From the NCBI GenBank assembly GCA_010909165.1, contig MU008156.1, forward strand, positions 682,001 to 746,000: a stretch of 64,000 nucleotides of DNA. The letters are read 5' to 3'. The translations under genes were made by a program, and so were the position numbers. This document shows positions 60,772 through 64,000 of this stretch, piece by piece. Origin of the DNA: Anthoceros angustus (taxonomy: Eukaryota; Plantae; Anthocerotophyta). The notes beneath the pieces are model-generated. The model searched no databases. It saw only the letters and a program-made list of their open reading frames with translations, and had not been told where the DNA came from. Numbering within the stretch: position 1 is the stretch's first letter; each line of letters starts with the position of its first letter.

Positions 60772-61064
60772 ACAGGAGCAAGTGATGTACATTCGAGACG
60801 AGTTGGTGCATGGAGATGGTTTGTCCTTGCAGCTAAGGCAGCTGCTGCCATGTGTGCGAGACCATTTTTCGGGTCCCAAAGGGCCTTGGGGAGCGTGATC
60901 CATTCGCTGGGTGGTGTAAAGAATATGCATTTATGACCATAAAGATAGTGAAAACAGATGTCCACTACATATTTCAATTTAAGAAAATATTCTGAAAATA
61001 ACAAAAATATTTTCTAGTACACGAAGTTGTCAAAACAAGGGTGCTAAATGTGGAGCACACCCTA

Positions 61065-62957
61065 TCATGCTATGGTTCCTCCCGGTCCACCAAAGAAAAT
61101 CCAAGTACCCCCTACAGCTACTCCTGGTCCTAGTGCTACTTGTGTAAAGTTTTTGATATCAAAATCTAGTCCAGTTTGCAATGGAGTTGCAACTGATGCC
61201 TCAACAAGAAAGAGAGTCGCACCATTATCCACTGAATTTAGAAGTGAGACCTGAGCATGATATGCTGGTACTATTGGTCCAATTGTACCGGGTTGAGAAG
61301 CAGCAGAGCCAAACAATGAATTACCCAGAGGAAAACGTGCTTGCCCTTTTAATGTGCCTACTTCTCCTCCCCAAGCAAACCTATTAGGTAGTTGGTTTTG
61401 GAGAAGACCTGCCGAATAAATACTGGCTGGCCAGTAACCCACAATTTTATCATCAATTTGTAACCAAGTATCTCCAGCTGAAGTATTCTGCACCATGAGA
61501 AATAGATCAACATCACCAAAACAATAACTCATGTGTTATCTTTAGATACATATGAAATAAAGATTTAGAAAACATGATAATTATAATGAATTTATTAATA
61601 AATGAGGAATATATTTACCTTTGCAATTGCAAAAACTTGGGTTGTGCTTATAGCATCAGGAACATAGGCCCCACCCAATAGGTAAGTGGGATCTGTTTGA
61701 ACAAATCCAGGACACAATAAGTCGTAGCACCCGGTTTTGACATAGTCATCCGCCTGAGATGAGATAACATGGTTATGTTAGAATAAAGACTACTAACAAA
61801 TCATAATTAAACAGAATTGAATGTTCTAGAAATCATGAGGAAAACATAGTATTAATTACCGTCCAATAAATGAACAAATGACTGGCAGTGTCCTTATACA
61901 AATTGGGATTCACCTAAGAAAAAGTAAAAGTTAAGATTATAGTTTCATGGGATGAAATCAACCCACTTTTCAACCATAATGTATATGCATTTCATGAGAC
62001 AAAATCTTCCCACTCAATTTAAACCATAATATGTATGCACTTACCGTCCACCCAGCTTCCGCAGTATTTTTGTTGAAGCCATTTTCGGCAACCACCCATA
62101 TTTGTGAAATTGTTGCGCCACCCCCGTTAGCAGGGACTTGGGGGTTCCATATACTAATGGAAGATGTTGCACCATGAAAAGGAAGTCCTGTGAACTCGTC
62201 TCTTGCATACTACATCCAAAAGATATAAGGACATTAGCTTTGTAAGGTTAGCTTCATTCACCGCATTGATCCACATACAGTATTGAATAAAAGCATCATG
62301 AATACAGTTACGTACATCATGCACAGCTCCATCATTCACGGCATCAAGATGAGAGGATTTGATATTTTTTCGCAGATTATGTGCTTGTTTCAAACGTTCA
62401 AGATCATCTTCCAATATGCGTCGCACAGGAATAGTTCCCTCTTGGCACATGCCAACTTCTCGATGATACACTTGAACATTGGAAGAACCTCCCATGGCTT
62501 TTAGTTGTAAATGTTGAAACGATGGAGGTGGTTTCTGCAAGTACATAGCAAGAAAACATTTACATACATGTAAATTAAAAAAAAAAACAATCTCATATAT
62601 TTAAAACCATTTGAGACATACTTGAAGAACATGATCTTTGAACAATGGATGTTGCAAAGTTAATTGGTCTTCAATTCTCACACAATCCACAATGGAACCA
62701 TCTGAAAGCTATTCATATATATATCTCAAATGAGTATAAGATAAACAAAAATAAAATAAACTTTCACCATCATAATAAACATGTTAGGAAATGAATACAT
62801 TATGAGACGTCACAAAAGGTCGATTGACAATATCCAAGTCCAATGTTTCCACTTCGAATGAGTTCTTCAGATGGGAACTGTGAATCATATTATTTTTTCC
62901 ACAAAACAAAATAATATAGACAAACCATATAATGCATGACAACAATGAGGCAGTCAT
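61065..62957 (-). CDS. Neprosin-family (glutamic peptidase G3; activation peptide + catalytic domain) secreted protein, multi-exon
   Basis: Signal peptide, DGSIVDCV...QLTLQHP, CQEGTIPVRR, SIWNPQV...SQIWV...NTAEAGW, LFIYWT...TGCYDLLCPGFVQ, VGYWPASIY and WGGEV. Both putative catalytic Glu are present. Confidence 0.93.
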
Positions 62958-63282
62958 CTTTTCCTCTGTGAAAAGTGTGATCTGAAGTTTTTTGTTTTTC
63001 TTTCTCTTCATGCTATACATATATAGCCCAAAGGGGATGCAATCTTTCGAACTAAATAACAAAATCTCGATATATATATAATTTTTACATATAAACTCTC
63101 TTAGTATATCTCATCTCTTTTTCTTACATAAAATCTTCTTTCCTTTACATGTCAATATTTACAAGACATTCTTCAAGCACCCAATAATTTTTTTCCATCA
63201 TTATTCAAGTAATACAACCAATCTTAATATTTCCTATTAAAAAAATCAATTTTGCTTGCATTCGCTTCTTACAATACAAACC

Positions 63283-63615
63283 AACACAAGAAGTGAAGTG
63301 AGCCTCATAGTTAAGCATCCATACCTTCTTACACGTATAGAACAACACAAGAAGCGAGACTCACAGCCAATCATCAATCCCTTCTTACAGCCCTGAGGTA
63401 CAAAACAATTCACGACAGGCCAGCCTCACAACAAAGGAGGATCAATCCCTTCTCCCAATCCTCAGGTAGAAAACAACACCAGGAAGCGAGCTTGGCAGCC
63501 AAGCATCAATCCCTGGAGTCCTAGCGTCCCCAGGTACAAAACCACCCAAAGTGAGCCTCACAGCTGATCATCAATCCCATCCTACAGTCCTCAGGTAAAA
63601 AACAACAGCCAGACG
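63283..63615. repeat. Diverged 61-68 bp tandem repeat, about 5 copies
   Basis: aacaac...gagcctcacagc...catcaatccc...tacag.cct.aggtacaa recurs. Confidence 0.7.
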
Positions 63616-63845
63616 TCAGGCTAAAGGTGCTATGGCATCAAAGGAATATGATGTGCAGGCCGCTTTGTGAAGCACCTTGCCATATAGTGGACGTCATCTG
63701 CCCTGTGGGGATGTCGTCTGCCTTGTGGGCAAGTCAGCTGCGTCCACTTTGAAGTTCGCTGGGTTCGGTGGTGAACACCCATGAGGGAGACGGGGGTTTG
63801 GCCCAGCATGTCACCAAGTGTTTGAACACTTGAGAAGATATCTTC

Positions 63846-64000
63846 TCAAGTGACCTTGTAACGGTACCTCCAAGCAACGAGGCAGAAGGCAGCGAGGTTG
63901 ACAGTGCCCACGATAGCGAACATCCAGAAAAACTTGTCCAAGCTCGAGCGATTCACATTGGTGCCGATCCACGGGGGCTGTGTGCTTTCATTCACAACGG
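63846..64000 (-). CDS. 3' end of an NPF (NRT1/PTR) transporter, runs off the window
   Basis: Reads VVNESTQPPWIGTNVNRSSLDKFFWMFAIVGTVNLAAFCLVAWRYRYKVT*, matching the NPF C-terminal WI..N.N...LD.F.W...N...F...A..Y.YK pattern. Confidence 0.85.
   Translation of the reverse strand, partial: VVNESTQPPWIGTNVNRSSLDKFFWMFAIVGTVNLAAFCLVAWRYRYKVT

Overview
Eukaryotic nuclear DNA from a land plant with compact genes and short GT-AG introns. A DYW:KP-type PPR relic points to a hornwort/fern-type lineage; a hornwort is my inference. 1-15 kb is a degenerate, repeatedly tandem-duplicated TE-like block that includes a RING-finger ORF. It is followed by a PSD2/3-type phosphatidylserine decarboxylase, tRNA-Arg(CCU) and an nsLTP. 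22.9-36.8 kb is a nested TE stack: a complete but decayed Copia, then a second internally deleted Copia inserted into a decayed inverted copy of the RH50 gene. That Copia's 5' LTR carries a PIF/Harbinger derivative with RPA1-like OB-fold cargo. Next come a Lys-rich protein with an uncharacterised C-terminal domain, two related minisatellite arrays, INCENP, and DEAD-box helicase RH50 head-to-head with exosome CSL4. The right end holds a deleted PLS-PPR (DYW:KP) pseudogene, a CSL4 fragment copy, an intronless papain-like protease, a foldback minisatellite, a lone LTR+PBS, a neprosin gene and the 3' end of an NPF/PTR transporter. All gene models and alignments were made by eye, so exon boundaries are approximate. 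No database searches were run.
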